A stretch of 64,000 nucleotides of DNA from Neodothiora populina. Lineage: Eukaryota. The translations under genes and the position numbers were made by a program. The DNA lies in NCBI RefSeq assembly GCF_041146345.1, contig NW_027191405.1, forward strand, positions 372,001 through 436,000, given 5' to 3'. This document shows, piece by piece, positions 46,628 through 61,100 of the stretch (positions are counted from its first letter, which is position 1; each line of letters starts with the position of its first letter). The notes below the pieces were generated by a model. The model saw only the letters and a program-made list of their open reading frames with translations, did not search any database and was not told the origin of the DNA.

Positions 46628-48158
46628 CTATATCGTGGTGTCTTTCACTGGAAAGACGATGTCCATGTGATCTTCGATTAGCTGGCAAGTGCCCTTCCGC
46701 TGGTGATTTGTCGAGACAGCTTTCCATTGCAAGAAAACACCACCCAAATTACACGTCACGTAGTGAATTTCTCCCCACATTGCTCTCTCGACATCCTTTC
46801 CAAAAGTCTTCATAGCACTCGTTTCGTCTCCCCATAGGCGGTGGTGCTTGCCTGTCACTGAATCAATGATTGGGCTGTCCTCGCCAAAGAGGGAGTTTGG
46901 TTCCATCTTTGGAAAGTTCGCATGCACCGTGAATGGTCCTGGGTTGGCTAACCCGTCGTGGTCACCGACAGGGTCATGTTGGAGCATTGCTACACCCTTC
47001 AATTCCCCATGTTCTTGATAACCAAGAATTGAGACAGGTGCGGAGACCTGATAGAACGGGGCCCCGACCGCTGCAGCACCTGCAAGGAATGTCTCCTTAT
47101 CTCCTTCACCTGGGCCACCTTGTGTGAGAAGAGGGTAGTAGTGTGTTGGTCCATAGAAGTTGTAGTAAGCTGCGACCAACAATGCCGCCGCATGGCTCCG
47201 TTTTGATACTAAGACTTGGCCTGATTCAGTCGATGCCCGCAAATTCGTTGGCGGCGTTGGTGTGCCTTGGATAGCGTAGAACCTTTCTGAAGCCGTCGAT
47301 ATCCAGAAATCGGGCCATGTGATCATGCCCTTGGAGAGAAATGGTTCAGACTCGAAAACATAGGTAGGGTCCTCGACAGGGAAGTTGTCTGCATCGAGGA
47401 GAAGGACATCCTCAAATGACGAGAACAAAACCGAAAAGATCTTATATTGAAATTTCTCGAGTTTGAACGATCCACGGCGTTTGCTGGGTTTGATGTAATC
47501 GTCTATAATCACACAACGAGCATTCATAGATGGCAGTAGATCATCGCAGAGATATTGCCCATGCTCTTCATCAGATCGAAGGAACAGCTCAACAGGCAGA
47601 TTGTTGCCTGTCCGTCGCAGCATACGCAGAGAAATGATGAACACCGGTAACAGCGCTCCGCCTGCGGTGCTCACGATACCCTGTGAGCCAGGGAGAAAAG
47701 GTAGCGAAACATTCTTTACCTGGTCAATGAAGTTTTCATGTGCGTTGCTCAACAGTCTCACTTCTGAAGTTCCAACTGAGACAACATCTGGTCTTTTCAG
47801 AGGCACATCGTTGTGCTCCTTGAAGCCTATAACGCCGGCAGAACCGAGCTTCGTCAAAGACGCCACAGCAGGTTTGTTGTCCGTGAATAACTTCACCAAC
47901 GCTGATCCGAATTCAATTCGGTGGTACTGTGCGGGGTCTTCCAGAGCGATTGGTTTCAATTCTCTGTGTTTCGATCAGCGATTGCCCGTGATGTGACGTT
48001 TTGTCAAGGAAACGAAACAAAAGGCTTCGCACTGACCTGTCACTCCCCCAAGGAGGCAAAGATATCGGCGGTAAAGCACCATACAGGAAGTAGTATAATG
48101 ATACAATTCCTATGGCAACAATGACAATACGCCGATGCAAGAGGACACGGGGCAGCAT
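46628..48158 (-). CDS. MNN2: Alpha-1,2-mannosyltransferase, GT71 (Mnn2/Mnn5-like); intron 47964-48036
   Basis: Type II TM anchor in exon 1. SSFEDVLLLDADN, WPDFW, STESGQ and GEGDKETF motifs. Confidence 0.88.
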
Positions 48159-49758
48159 GCTCACGGGAAACAGTCTCGATAAGCCATGAAGCAGAAACGT
48201 AAGAATACGTAAGGGCTGCGTTGAAGGGGCCGCCTCACAGCTCGGACGCAAGTCGACGTAGGAATTTTGAAACGCTAAAGCGGCTTTACTCGGCGATTGT
48301 CCATACATTTGAAAGAAGTAAATACAACATCCTTCCCCGACTTTGACCGTACTTGTGCATTGTACTAGCAGCTGTTAAACGACTTTTAGGTCTAACTTTG
48401 TTATTAAAGATCATCAGCGAGCTAGATGATCCCGAATGCTGAGGGTTACGTTCCTCCACCAGCGAGTCATGATTCAAGCTCTCCGACGCATGAAGGCTGA
48501 CTCGTGCATGTGGGGTCAAAAATTCCTCCGCACATCAGAACAAGGTGTTGATAGACTAGTCCACAAAAGGCGACTCGCTTCGTCCAGCGCTACTACTCGT
48601 ACCTATGTCCAAGTACAAGTACAGCATGTCGAAGACACCATTGGCATAAAAAAAGTCCCAACGGTCAGCCGGTTTTGTGTCAGCATACTGATTAGAACCC
48701 AGAACAGCATCTTGGGAGTAGGGACAGCGTTTTCTAAAGGCAGACGGCTCGGGAAAAGCTGCTCTCGCTGGACAATATCCCCGAGGCTGCGAACGAGTGG
48801 GGTGAAGAGTATTGTATCGTAAAGTCAAGGCTTGGACAACCATGCCGCACAGTCCCGAGTCACAGCTCCTCACTATCTTGGCTGGTACTGTGGATCTCTC
48901 ATTTCTGGACGGATCCAAAGGGCCCTGCTTTCGCTTGCACTTGAAGCTATAAGTTCTCGGCCGGAACGGAACCAGATTGCATAGCCATCGCATGGCAGAG
49001 CCAATTGGCCGACAACGGGGTCATAGCTCTCATAGGTAGTTTCCCTGACCGATGAGCATATTTCTTTGGGTCCACCAGTACGAGCGAGGTTCTGCACCAT
49101 TTGCACAAGGGAGCAAGGCGCGATCGTAGGTTGTTGCATCCATGCTTTTGGATAGGTGCCAGTATCCACTTCACATGCGGTTATCACCTGTTGGGACAGT
49201 ACCTGGGTCAGAAGCTAACCTTCGATTGCGCGTTATGCCTTGATTGGGCTCTCGAAACAGCACGGAAGAACTAGCAAAGACATTGACTTCTTCCTGGGCC
49301 CGGTGACGCATCGAATGCTGGGACAGGTCCATAATAGGTTCGAGCCTTTTGGCGACCGGCAGTGAAGTCTATTTCATCAGCCATTCCCCATCAACTATAA
49401 CTAGTAGTTTATGCTGCACGCTCCGAAACATCCCCCTCTTCAACTCCAGGCTTTTCAAGGTACATAGTACTAATATACTTTACTTGCTTGGCTCCAAGAC
49501 CCTTCTGTTTCTTGATTGAAACCCCTCGTTTCTTCAGCAGGCTGACTGCAGCTCACTGTTTGACACCCATTTAGTTAAGGTCTGCCCGCACCTCAGATCA
49601 ACGTCTCCATCCACACTCTGTCACACTAGGATAATCTCTCCTTCATCAGCGACACAGCAGACCATTGGTATACGTGGACGGACGAAACGAAAAGGAACCA
49701 ATATTTCATACACTGCGCCATCACTCATCCTGTAGACGGACTGTCCATCATTTTGGCA

Positions 49759-50604
49759 ATGCCGTTCAGTCATTTCATGCACATGAACTACGCCGAGGAC
49801 CAGGATATAGCTGGCTTTTATGGGCAAAGTCCAATATCCCAAGAGCTCGGCATACCGACGTCCGGCTCGCTCGATTCTGGCTATGCGGAAGTGGAACCCT
49901 TCGATAAGACCAGTCGATATCCCAGCTCTACCAATCTGGACTTCAATCAGACGTGTTCCATAGGCACAGGCGATGAGAGCACTTTGGACTTTGGCAATTT
50001 TGCCTTCTCACCGATACTCATGCAACCCAATGAGTCTAACATAGGAGCCTATACAGTGTCTCCCCGACTTGACACAAAGTTTCAGCGTTTAGTAGACTCG
50101 ATGCAGCCATATCAGACCTCTTCAAGTGTAGGAGATACATCTGAAGATGGCCACTTAGCGTCAGTCTCCAGCGGCTCTCCGCAACATGCCCCATCAGAAC
50201 CTGGTGCTAGTCCTCAACGAATGCAGCAGCAACAGCAGCAGAAGAATCGAGTTTGGGATAACATGTCCACAAATGCTATTCACAAGGTTGAAGACAGTCC
50301 AGTGGAAGTTGTGTGTAAGACAGAGGAGCCAGCAGCCCCGAAGACAGCACCTTCTCGAGGACGTCCCAGGAAGCGAATTCCTCACACGGCTGTGGAGCGT
50401 CGGTACAGAGAGAATCTCAATGCACATTTGGAGAAGCTACGTTCAGCAGTGCCGAACCTGACTGCGGCACAGCGAAGGAAGGCTACTGATGGCGCGGATC
50501 CGATGAAACCTAGTAAATGTGAAGTACTGATCGGCGCTGTCGAGTACATCAAGCGTCTCGAGGACGAGAACGAACGTCTCAAACGAAAGTCTAACGAGGT
50601 ATGA
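49759..50604 (+). CDS. bHLH transcription factor, SREBP/Tye7-type (Tyr in the basic region)
   Basis: HTAVERRYRENLNAHLEKLRSAVP...KCEVLIGAVEYIKRLE. GRPRK precedes the basic region. Confidence 0.88.
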   Translation: MPFSHFMHMNYAEDQDIAGFYGQSPISQELGIPTSGSLDSGYAEVEPFDKTSRYPSSTNLDFNQTCSIGTGDESTLDFGNFAFSPILMQPNESNIGAYTVSPRLDTKFQRLVDSMQPYQTSSSVGDTSEDGHLASVSSGSPQHAPSEPGASPQRMQQQQQQKNRVWDNMSTNAIHKVEDSPVEVVCKTEEPAAPKTAPSRGRPRKRIPHTAVERRYRENLNAHLEKLRSAVPNLTAAQRRKATDGADPMKPSKCEVLIGAVEYIKRLEDENERLKRKSNEV

Positions 50605-51309
50605 ACAAATTTCACGAATTTGCAACGAGTCACGGGGTTGAGCGCTAGACCTCTGTTTCCTTTTTCTTTCTTGTTTTTCTGGGAGGCCAAATTGAAGGTC
50701 GGAGCACCTCAAAGGGCGGGCGGATGCTTTTGCGCTTTATCGGTACATCGGATAGAGATAAGTAAGGTAGCTTCTATGCCTGCTTGGTGCCATGGGGTCT
50801 CAACGGGCGCTGGAGGGAAAAGGCACTAGCTGCGCCTCAAGCGCGGCTTCAAAGTACATATTTGCGTAGCACTTTAGACGAATCCCTTTCGCTTCTGATA
50901 GCAGGGATTGTGGAATTTAGACTCGAAGCTGTTTTGACCCTACACTGACAGTGTCCAATGGTGGTGGAAGAGATGAAGAATGGGAGTCAAGACAGAGTTC
51001 AGTCAGGTGGCTGATCCGCAAGTGCCACCACCAAACCCTTTTTCACGCGACCGGAAGCTCGGACTGTTTTCCTGCGTCACCTCGTGCAGCTTGTTGTACG
51101 GAAAGTTTGACCCTGAAATACCTTACGTCCATGCCAGGACATACGGCGATTGTTTTGCCCAATCGATATCTTCCTACAGTACACTACACGTGAGGGTCCA
51201 GCGGCATGATCTGGTAAGGCATCTCAAAGAGCTCGTGCAGCATGTGAATCAGGCACACAGCAGCCAAATCCAAACTCGATCATTACCGTTGCCGTTACCG
51301 AAGTCCAAA

Positions 51310-53987
51310 ATGGCGGATACTGATCCACCAGAATTGGCAGCAGCCTTGCTCAAATGGGTGCGTTTCGAATATTGGGAAAAGCTGCCATTGGTGCATGCAA
51401 AGATTGATAGCTGAAATTTCGTATACATATGTAGGCCAAAGCCTTTCCTACGTCAAGACCGGTGGAAAACTGGGCTGATCTCCAGGATGGCCGGGTGCTG
51501 TGGGATATCTTGAAAGATATTGATCCGACATATTTCGAGGGTGATTTGCCAGAGTCACTACAAAGGACAGATGATCACTGGATCCCAAGGTGGCAGAACC
51601 GTAAGGAAGCTTTGTTAGCTGCCTCAAAGACACCACAAAGGCTAAGATGTTTGCAGTCAAGCATATCAACCGCCTTGTCACCGCTTATCTCAGGGATTCG
51701 AGCGATTCGCTCGAAAACCCGTCTGTAAACCTTGCGCCTGACTTGAAGGCTATAGCTACAGATGGAAGTGCCCGGGACACAGTCATGGTACGGATCACAA
51801 TCTCCAACAGTTGCGCCCTGGGATACTGAGTAAACACATGTATAGCTTCTCAAAAGCATGCTTCGAGCTGCCATGTATTCACCGGAATCCAATCAACGTA
51901 TGGGACGGCTTGTGGTCAGCCTGGGCCCAGAAGCTGCAATGACAATTGCTGGCGCCATGAAACAGATGGAGGAGGAGGATGCAGAAGCCGAGGAGAGTGA
52001 GATGGGCACCCCTCTTCGAATGACAGGTGATGGAAGTGACTATGAAAATACGCCGGATCTTGGTACACCCTCGCTACTCCCTTCAGCGCTCTCTACTCCT
52101 CCTACTGCTGCACGGCCGCCAGTCGATCGAGACCCTGAGTTGGAACAAGAAGAGAAACTCATACAGGCTTTCAAGACCATCAAACAATTGCAAGTCAGCC
52201 ACGAGAAAGCTGCGACAGAATTAGAGGAGTTGCGTCAGGATAAGGAAGAGCTCCAACGCAATTTCGATGCCTTCAGATACGAAGTGGAAAATGAAGGTCG
52301 TAACGCAGCCCAGAATGACATTGTGAAAGAGTTACAGCGCAAGGCAGATCGCGATAGGGATTATATTGCAGAGTTGGAGACGGAGCTTGAGACGACTCGC
52401 ACTACAATGACGAATCAAGAACGACAGATTGAGCGCTACAAGGCTGACACTGACGCCAAGCAAAAGCTTCGCGATGACCTGCAGGAAATGCGAGCTGAGA
52501 GGGACGACCTCTTGCAGAAGTCGCGTGCTAATGAAAACCTTAAGAAGAAGATCCAAACCCTTCAAGATCAGGCCAAAGCAAATGCGACTCTGGAAGATGA
52601 CTTACGTCTGGCTAATGAGCAGCTTCAAGACCTAGACAAGCTCAGGGATCATTGCACGATCCTACAAAAAGCGAACGCTGAGAATCTTAAGACTATTGCC
52701 AACGGAGAGCAGGAGATCTTCGACCAAAAGACAAGCAAGAAGCGTCTTGAGCACGAGTACAAGGTGCTTGCTCAGAAATGGGAAGTCGCCAAAGAAAGGC
52801 AAGGACGGGATCACGAAACCATCACCGAGCTTGAGAATCGACTTCAGACCCTTGAGATTAGCCGCAATAGTATCAACGGGAACCAAAATGGACTGGCCGA
52901 CGAGCTCGCCGAGACTGAAAGAACACCGATTGAGAGATCCGAGTAAGTTCAATTTATCTTGTGATACACGACTAAAATAACTAATCAGTGACCTCAGCCT
53001 GCAAAGCAACCTTGGCTTATCGGCAGACGCCGCTTTGCTGCAGCAGAAGTTGGACGCTATCACAGCCCGCAATACAAAGCTCGAAGCTGAATATCTTGAC
53101 ATCTTACAAGACAAGCTTGGACTCGAAACCGCAGTCCAAGACCTGCGTGAGCCTTCTCGTGAGCCGGAAGAGAATGTTCCATTCCTCGAACAACGCAAGA
53201 AACTACAGGTTACACAAGCAGAAGTTGCAGAACTTAAAGCGCAACTATTCACCTTGAACTCCGAGTTGGCCAGCATCAAGGAGAAGCTAATTCATGCCGA
53301 GAGTGACATGGACGGGCGCACGTTGGACAGCAACAGCGAATACCAGGCTCTCACCGAACGCTACGCCGAGTTGCGTACCCACAGCGGGGACATTGAGGCA
53401 GAGCTAGCAGAGCAGAGAGCTCTCCTGCGTCATGCTCTATTGAGCACGTCTGCGCTCTCTAGAGATCCTGCCGACATCCGCAATAGTAACGAGTACAAGC
53501 TCATTGTCGAGCAACTTGAATCCATTAGGAAATCCCCAGAGGGCAGCGTCGTTCTTCAGAACACTGCTACCTGTCTTGCGGATCGAATTGAGAGTGCCCG
53601 CGCTGATAGCGCAGCTGCAAACAAGGTACGCAGTTCTCTGAAAGCATACGTCAAGATGAATACTGACTCTAACCTTGAAAAGCGTGCCGAGGATCAAGCC
53701 AAGGAACTCGCTACAATCAAGAAGACTATGCCGACGCAACAAGCGCCCTCAAAGGATTATACAATCTTGCAGCGCGAGAACAAGCTTATGGCGAGTGCAT
53801 GGTTTGATCTGAGCAGCCGCTTACAAAGCAACACCGTCATGGTTGGCAGGCGTAAAGAGAGTCCCAAGAGCTTCCTCGGTAAACAGAGAGCTGAAGTGGC
53901 TCCGTTGTTGATGGCAGGAGGACAGGTAAGTCATGCCGATGTATGATATCGGAGCTGCCGCTGATAAGATTGTAGCATCGCCGATGA
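51310..53987 (+). CDS. hookA: Hook-family dynein/endosome adaptor; introns 51358-51434, 51601-51656, 51788-51845, 52943-52988, probably 53626-53682, 53926-53975
   Basis: N-terminal Hook domain (LLKW...WADLQDGRVLWDILKDIDP...WQNLKHI), long coiled coil and C-terminal RENKLMASAWFDL. Confidence 0.85.
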
Positions 53988-56682
53988 TATCTGTCGATTC
54001 TCAATACAAACCAACAGTGGTATTCTTGTTCATAAATGTTCTTCCGAATTAGTAATGAGAAGCAATGAACAGCTTTAGCAAAAGCACTTTCGACCACTAT
54101 CTCTGTTACATGGTCATGCACAGACACGGGCAGCGCTAATATTCTTCTCAGTATAGACGTAGACACGCAAGCGCATGCCTCTGGGCCGCAAGGCCCGCAG
54201 AACATAGAACATGATAGTACATAAAATTCTCTAGATATGCGGTAGTCATCAGACCGAGGGTTTTGACCCACAACTTGCCTTTAGATACATATTATAGCAC
54301 TACTAGATCGATAAGGTTCGCCCAGCCAAATCCTCCCCGGTCAATGCTGGAAAGCCGCATCATCTTCATGCAGCAACGCCATGGCGCAAGTGCGGCCTGA
54401 ATCAACAGCGAATAAAGTGCAAATCACTGTATAATGTTGCTAGCTCGACGCTTGCTTCAGCACATCATCTACGGCTCGACTCGAAAGGGGCGGGTTCTGA
54501 TCCGTCAGGATTAGGTGTGAACCATTCGCTTAATGTCCCAAAGATCTGGGGCAAGCGCGGGTTCGGAACTGGAAAAGTCTGCCACGTGATTTCCGAGTGT
54601 CCCGAGAACACTGCAGGGGGTTAACGGTTCCATGCACACCGCCACAACAAGCTGGCCTTCACTTCCTGTAAGTACCTTAATGTGTGCCACGCACGCACAT
54701 CGCTATAAACCCTGTGCAACTCGGGTCTGCAATTCGTCATCGTGACGGTACATCTGTCACAGTGATTTCCACATTTTTTGCATTATTGATTTCAGCTGAT
54801 GCTTGCTGCCAATCCGCCAGTAAATCGGCTATACCGTAGCATCTGAAGACGTCGGAAGTACCATAGTGCATCCGAAATACGACGGCAGTTTTGACACAGT
54901 TTTGACGGCGGCAGCTGTTATCTGGTTCCTGATAACCTCATGTATGTAGGTACCTTACCCTACTATACTGTACGCGAACGCTGCGCGGCGCCTTCGAATT
55001 CTGTTGAGCCTAGAACATGGACCTCATTCCTCTCTTTCAAAGAAGGTTGACTCGCATTTTGCGGAGGAAAATAGCGAGGCTCACGGCACATGTAAAGGAA
55101 CGATATTATACCGGTCTAGAAAGAAAATGGCGTAACTCCACACTCACAAGAACTCCACCAGCATGCAAGATATCGATCTAGCTTGAGCCCTGCATGTAGA
55201 TACACCGCTGGTCAATCCCCCACTCTCAACATAAAATTGACTCGTGCGTAAGTGCATCCACGGTGGAAGTCCATACTGCACGGTTTTGTTACACCATAAC
55301 ATCACCGACCTCGGTGATACGGATCTTCGTCGAAACTACTTTGCAAAAGCCCCGAGCAAAGTCGGCGGTCATGCTAATATGAAACACATTTTCATCATGA
55401 CCCATAGCCATTTATGATACCATCTTCAATCTCTCTTCAGCAAAGCAGACACAGCAACATGCCGCATCTGGCTGACTTGAGCATCTTGAGCGACGTTAGG
55501 TACTGTACCTGGGCACCTGCACCGTTCAAATCGTTCTTTCAGGGTCCCGTGTTGCGAAGTTCGACCTTTACCATTACCAAGTTGCCCCCTGATTTGCATG
55601 AATATCTAGCAGACCTGTCACATCGCCACTGTGCACCAGATTAAGGATCGATATTGTGGCCGCTTAGCCTCATGATCTTCACTAAGGTATCTATGGGGGA
55701 TTTCCGTCCTGGTGCCCTAGGTTCACAGTATGGGGACTAAGGATGTCCATATAACCCCACTTCGGCTTGAAGTGTACGTACCGTACTCCACGTTGCTCGG
55801 CGTTTATTCTCTAACCGCCATCCTCACACACGCTTGTCCACATCCTACAGGACACTCCTCAGAGTCTGGAACCGGTTAGGTCCTCGGCATCGCGTACTTG
55901 GTTAATGAGAATCAGTAACGACTGTCATACCAGCGTTGCCCCCACTGCAAAGGCCTTTGCTAATGGGCACGGAATTGATGAATTGCATACTCTGCACCCT
56001 AATATTCACACTATACGCGTACTGTAGCTGCTTTCGAACTTCTTCTTAGTGGTGATCTACAATATTGCACTGACAGCGTCCCGCCTTGGCGTTGACAAGG
56101 TTAAGGTACCTGTACCTTATGCACAATTGAACCCTTCTGGTTCATGACTGCATTACTGCTTTAGGGTTTGCGAACTACTGCTTCTCACAACAACTCGGTC
56201 TTCGCAACGTTTAACGTACGGAGAAACAATTTCGGAGCAAACAAGTATCTCGAAGCTGAAGCATACGGCTATACGGTCTAGCTATTTTGTTATCTTGACA
56301 TATTGAGCGTATCAAGCCTTTCCTGATAAGCGGTCAATATTAGTGGACGAAGGCCCGCTTGGTGTCGGGGATAAGGAATGGCAACGGCAGGACTCCATCT
56401 GCTCTCGCATATCGCAACCTCCTGAAAGTTGACAAGAGATCCGAGCGACATATGGCAGACTAAGGACGGAGAGATTAGTTTCATGTGCCATAAATCGACG
56501 ACGTGGCAGGAAGAGTTTTCATGATTTGTGTCATCTTTTGGTTACTGAACCATTCTATCGGTTTATTGATCGTCGCTTTCTTACCCGTATACCGTTCGTA
56601 TCCAAGCTGGCGAGGTCGGGGATATCGATTGAAGCGCGCACACCCGCACACCGTTCAAACTACAAAACGACCGGTCTCAAGG

Positions 56683-58154
56683 ATGCAAGAGCCATGGAGT
56701 CTAACAGCTAGCGAAGCTGCATCCCTGATTAAGACCGGGGGCTTGACTGTCGAGGCGTACGCCAGATCTTTACTTACTCGTATCAAAGACAGGGACGCCT
56801 CAGTCAAAGCATGGGCATATCTAGATCCAGAATTGGTCCTCTGTCGAGCAAGGGAGCTAGACCTAACTCCGGTGGAGCAAAGAGGACCACTCCATGGCGT
56901 GGCTATAGGCGTGAAAGATATCATGCTGACAAAAGGTAGAACCGCACACTGAAAAGATTCCCCTTATCACTGTTTCTAAGCGATGTCATAGATATGCCAA
57001 CGCAGCACAACTCGCCAATTTATGCCAGTGATACTGCGGGTACGGTTGATGCCGCACCGATCATCGCTCTCCGCGCGGCAGGGGCTTTGATATTTGGCAA
57101 AACGACGACCACTGAATTTGCAGCCAGCACCCAGGGCGGATACCATCAGAACCATACCTCAAACGCCCATGACTTTAAGCGTACGCCTGGAGGCTCCTCT
57201 TCTGGCTCTGCGGCTGCTGTGGGGGCCTTCCAGGTTCCTATTGCTTTGGGAACGCAGACGGCCGGGTCCATCATCCGCCCCGGCTCATTCAACGGTATCT
57301 ATGCGTTCAAGCCTACATGGGGCGCAATATCGCGTGAAGGCTTGGCGCAGTGTTCGATAACCTGTGATACAGTGGGCTTTTTCGCGCGCTCTGTCGCTGA
57401 TTTCGAACTTATGGCAAGTGTGTTCCGGATCGTCGACGATGAAAGTCGACCGGCTGAGCAATCTTTTTCTCTGCAAGGTGCCAAGATTGGTTTCTGTAAA
57501 ACGCCTACGTGGCCTCACGCAGGACCCGGTACTGTTGCTGCTTGGGAGAAGGCTCAGCTTCTACTCAGGTCCAATGGGGCCGTAGTTGAAGACGTACAGC
57601 TACCCAAAGACTTTGATCGTGTAGCCGATTGGCATGAGAAAGTGCTAGCCAGTGAAGGTAGGTCTTCGTTTTTCGGCAATTACCTTCTAGGCAAGGACAT
57701 GATGCACGAGACAATGACTGGATACGTCGAAAACGAGAAAGGCTTCTCCCGAAAGCAATACCTAGAAGCCTACGATGGATGTGCGCGCCTACGACCAGTC
57801 TTGGACGACATTATTGGCAGATACGATGCAGTCATAACTCCTAGTGTTATTGACGAAGCACCCATCGGACTGGAAAGCACAGGATCAGCGGTATGTCTTT
57901 TGTTGTTGTTGACAAGGTGCGATCGCACATTATCTGGATACTAACAAAACTTTCAGGCGCTCTGCCTCATGTGGACTATTATGCATGTGCCTTGTGTCAA
58001 CCTGCCTGGATTCGCAGGAGAGAACAGCATGCCTATTGGCTTGACGCTGGTCAAACCCCGCTACCACGATATCAGCGCTTTGCATATCTCCAAGGCTATT
58101 GGTCGAGTCTTTGACGCTGAAGGTGGCTGGCGAACGCAGCAGATACGATCTTAG
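56683..58154 (+). CDS. Amidase-signature family enzyme; introns about 56936-56991 and 57891-57956
   Basis: GPLHGVAIGVKD, GKTTTTEFA, TPGGSSSGSAAAV and LGTQTAGSIIRP (Ser-cisSer-Lys triad positions). Confidence 0.92.
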
Positions 58155-61100
58155 CAAGAGAAAGCAAGCATAGGAGTAGGTCCTGTTTGGTCGATAGATA
58201 AAGCTATCTTTGCTGTTGACAACTTGGCACATCAGAAAGAGCGCGTATGTTCCGAACAAGCGGGACATAATTTGTCTATGGAGATCTTCCTGAGAGCTCG
58301 GCAGGATTCAGCAACAGCCCCGTTGTATTTGATAGTGTAGGATCAGTACATTTATTTGGTGCTCAACTGAAGTTTCCCCGATATGCCCCATCCCCAAGCT
58401 TCCCCACCCTTCGTTGCGCCTCGTCAGAACGACATCTAGGGGTGCATTACAATCTGCACGTGGTGGGCTTCATGCTGTACATGCTGGGGATGACGTCTCT
58501 AATTATTTGTTATATGAATCTCGCCTACCTGGTGAGAGACTCGATGGTACGAGTGCGAGTCGAGGGCTGGCAGGCTCCATTGTTTTGTAGATAGTCTCCT
58601 TGTTAGGAGCTGCTGTTATCCTGACACTAGTTGTGCAACACGAGGTCTAGACATCGTCGTCAAGCTTTCATCATACGGGAGTTTCGCGACAACCGTCGTA
58701 TGACATCCTCTGCCAGAACTTAGGCAAGATTAAACTGAATGTCAACAGGACTGGTTCGTATCGGTAGGCTCGTTTCTGGCCCTGTCGTTTGACGACAGAG
58801 AGCGACAGTAACGCTGTGGCACTTCCGTATGTTACAGCGAAATGAAGCACGCTTGAAGCAGGTAGACTTCGTACTCGCGAAGCCACTGAAGATACAAGCA
58901 TTTACACGAATCTCCGCGTCAGCGCCGCACATACTGACATACAATGTTTCGAGTCCGAGGCCTACCTTACCCAGACGTTCTGCCGCTACCTACGAGGTAA
59001 CAAGTGCAGTTGCGGTACTCGCATGCCACATCCGCAAGATAAGTACTATAACGAAGTCTTTTGCGCCCGGGTCGGAGCACACCTGGAAACAAGCTTACCA
59101 TGCTTTACTTAGAGCATCATGCAGGATGCAGCCTTCCATTGTTCCGTCCTGGCTACAGCAGCCATTCGAATTGGTGGCTGGCGGCGCGGGCTGCACCTAC
59201 AGTACTGTACATTGAACCGCCGCCACATATATATGCAGGGTTCGAACTAGTTCACCCAGAAATGCGCAGATGCAGGTTATTGTAACGCGATAGATTACTA
59301 CTGTGACCCAAGGGGGGCGACCTTTGATTTACTTTTACTACAGCGCATACTGTACATGCTTTTTGCTTTGCTCGCCTAGACGTCTTCTTTTCGGTGCTTT
59401 CGGTATCAGAGGCCGGCGAGACCCTCGCGTTGTCTTGCAGATGCAAAGAAACTGCAGAGTCCTCTGCATGTGCTTTTTGTTTTTCTTGACTTCATCTCCA
59501 TGAGTTTCTCCTTCAGGGGACCACGGCGGCGACGCATTGACAGAGTTCGGTAATCCGTCTTTTTTTGCAGCAGTTCAATTACCCGTACGGTAGCGCAGCC
59601 TCTTTGCCGGATGTGTTTGGCTCCGATACGGGTAGGGCTGGGCTGGTTTCGGATGTTGTGCATGTTGTTTTTCTTGTTATGAGAGATTTTGTGCACTTCT
59701 TACTGTGAGGCTTCTGGGCAACGAGAAGCCTCGATTCATAGCACAGGTGTTACAGTCGATTATGAGCGTGAAGAATCCAAGATTGACCTGTCTACACAGA
59801 ATTCGCACGTTCGCAAAAGAATCGTTCAACAGCATCCAAGCGAACGTGGATGGCGGTGGAAGTAATCCGACTATTGTTTAACTTTACGGACTACCATGGA
59901 CTCGAACTATTCCTCTGTAGCTAGTGCTGATAGAACCAACACTGCCCCCGCGCTAGCTCTGCTTTAAAGACTCGAGCAGGGAAATGCACCTTTACTCTTA
60001 AATTGCTTCTCATATCGACTACAGTACTACGAAGCACTCTATCGATGCACAGGAAGCTACATTACACAAAACAGAAAGCTAATTTTTGCAGCTGCAATTG
60101 TTCACCACCACATGTTGACAGAAAATTATGCTGCAGCACATTGTCCATCACACTTCGAATGACCTGCGGAAATAGAGGAAACGCTGCAGCATATTCTCTA
60201 CCATACTCCAAATTAACCGAGGAGAGAAAGTGTACCTGACCTGTCGACGTCCGCGTATACCGCTCCCACTTCTTGTTCCGCAGACCCACGTCGAATGGTT
60301 CAAGGCTGTGATAATGGCACTCGAGCTTACATCCAATTGCCCTTCTTAGACATATATTACGTGTAAGATGTTGCTATCGGACTTGCTGTCGTCGAAAGAT
60401 TCGTCTTGATATTCCTTTCTGCGCATTGGTATCTATGAGATGATGCTAGAGGAGAAACATGAGATGGTCAAGTAAGGTACGTGTCAAGCGGCGCTTCGCG
60501 ACTGCAGCGACTTGAGTTTGTCCTACTTCTTGTGTTTTGTCACAGAAGTTACTCCCCGTCATCTATGCCTTTTTGTTCTAAATCAAGCTCTATATCACCT
60601 TCAATCTACAATAGAAGTCGATGAGAAAGATAAGATTGCTTCGGCTTGAACAGCTTCGTCTTGATAGTTTCGGTTGCGGATATCGAGAAGAAAGGTGTTT
60701 CACTGCCCTCAGACTCGCCCTCTCTCGCTCAGCTTATCCACAAGACACGAATGGGATCCCGTCCTCTATCAATTTCGGCATACTGCAAAGCTCATAATCC
60801 AACACGCATCCCTGTACAATTCCTCGATCAACAAGTCAACCTGCGTTGTGCTTCATGCATGCTTGCGTATATCGAGTAGACATGCACTGACACGGTATAC
60901 AACCGTGAGAACCATAAACCCCATGTTTCACGCTTCCCCTCTGTTCTCCTCTGCAGCTCGTGACGAAGTAGCTAGGTAGCCATAGCCTGTCGTCGTGGCT
61001 ACGTAGACTTAGCACTACAAGACCAGCAATCAAGGAGAAGACAGGGGGGCAGTATACGTTCCAGCTCTCCCGATCAGGTCAGTAGTACCACTTCTCCATC

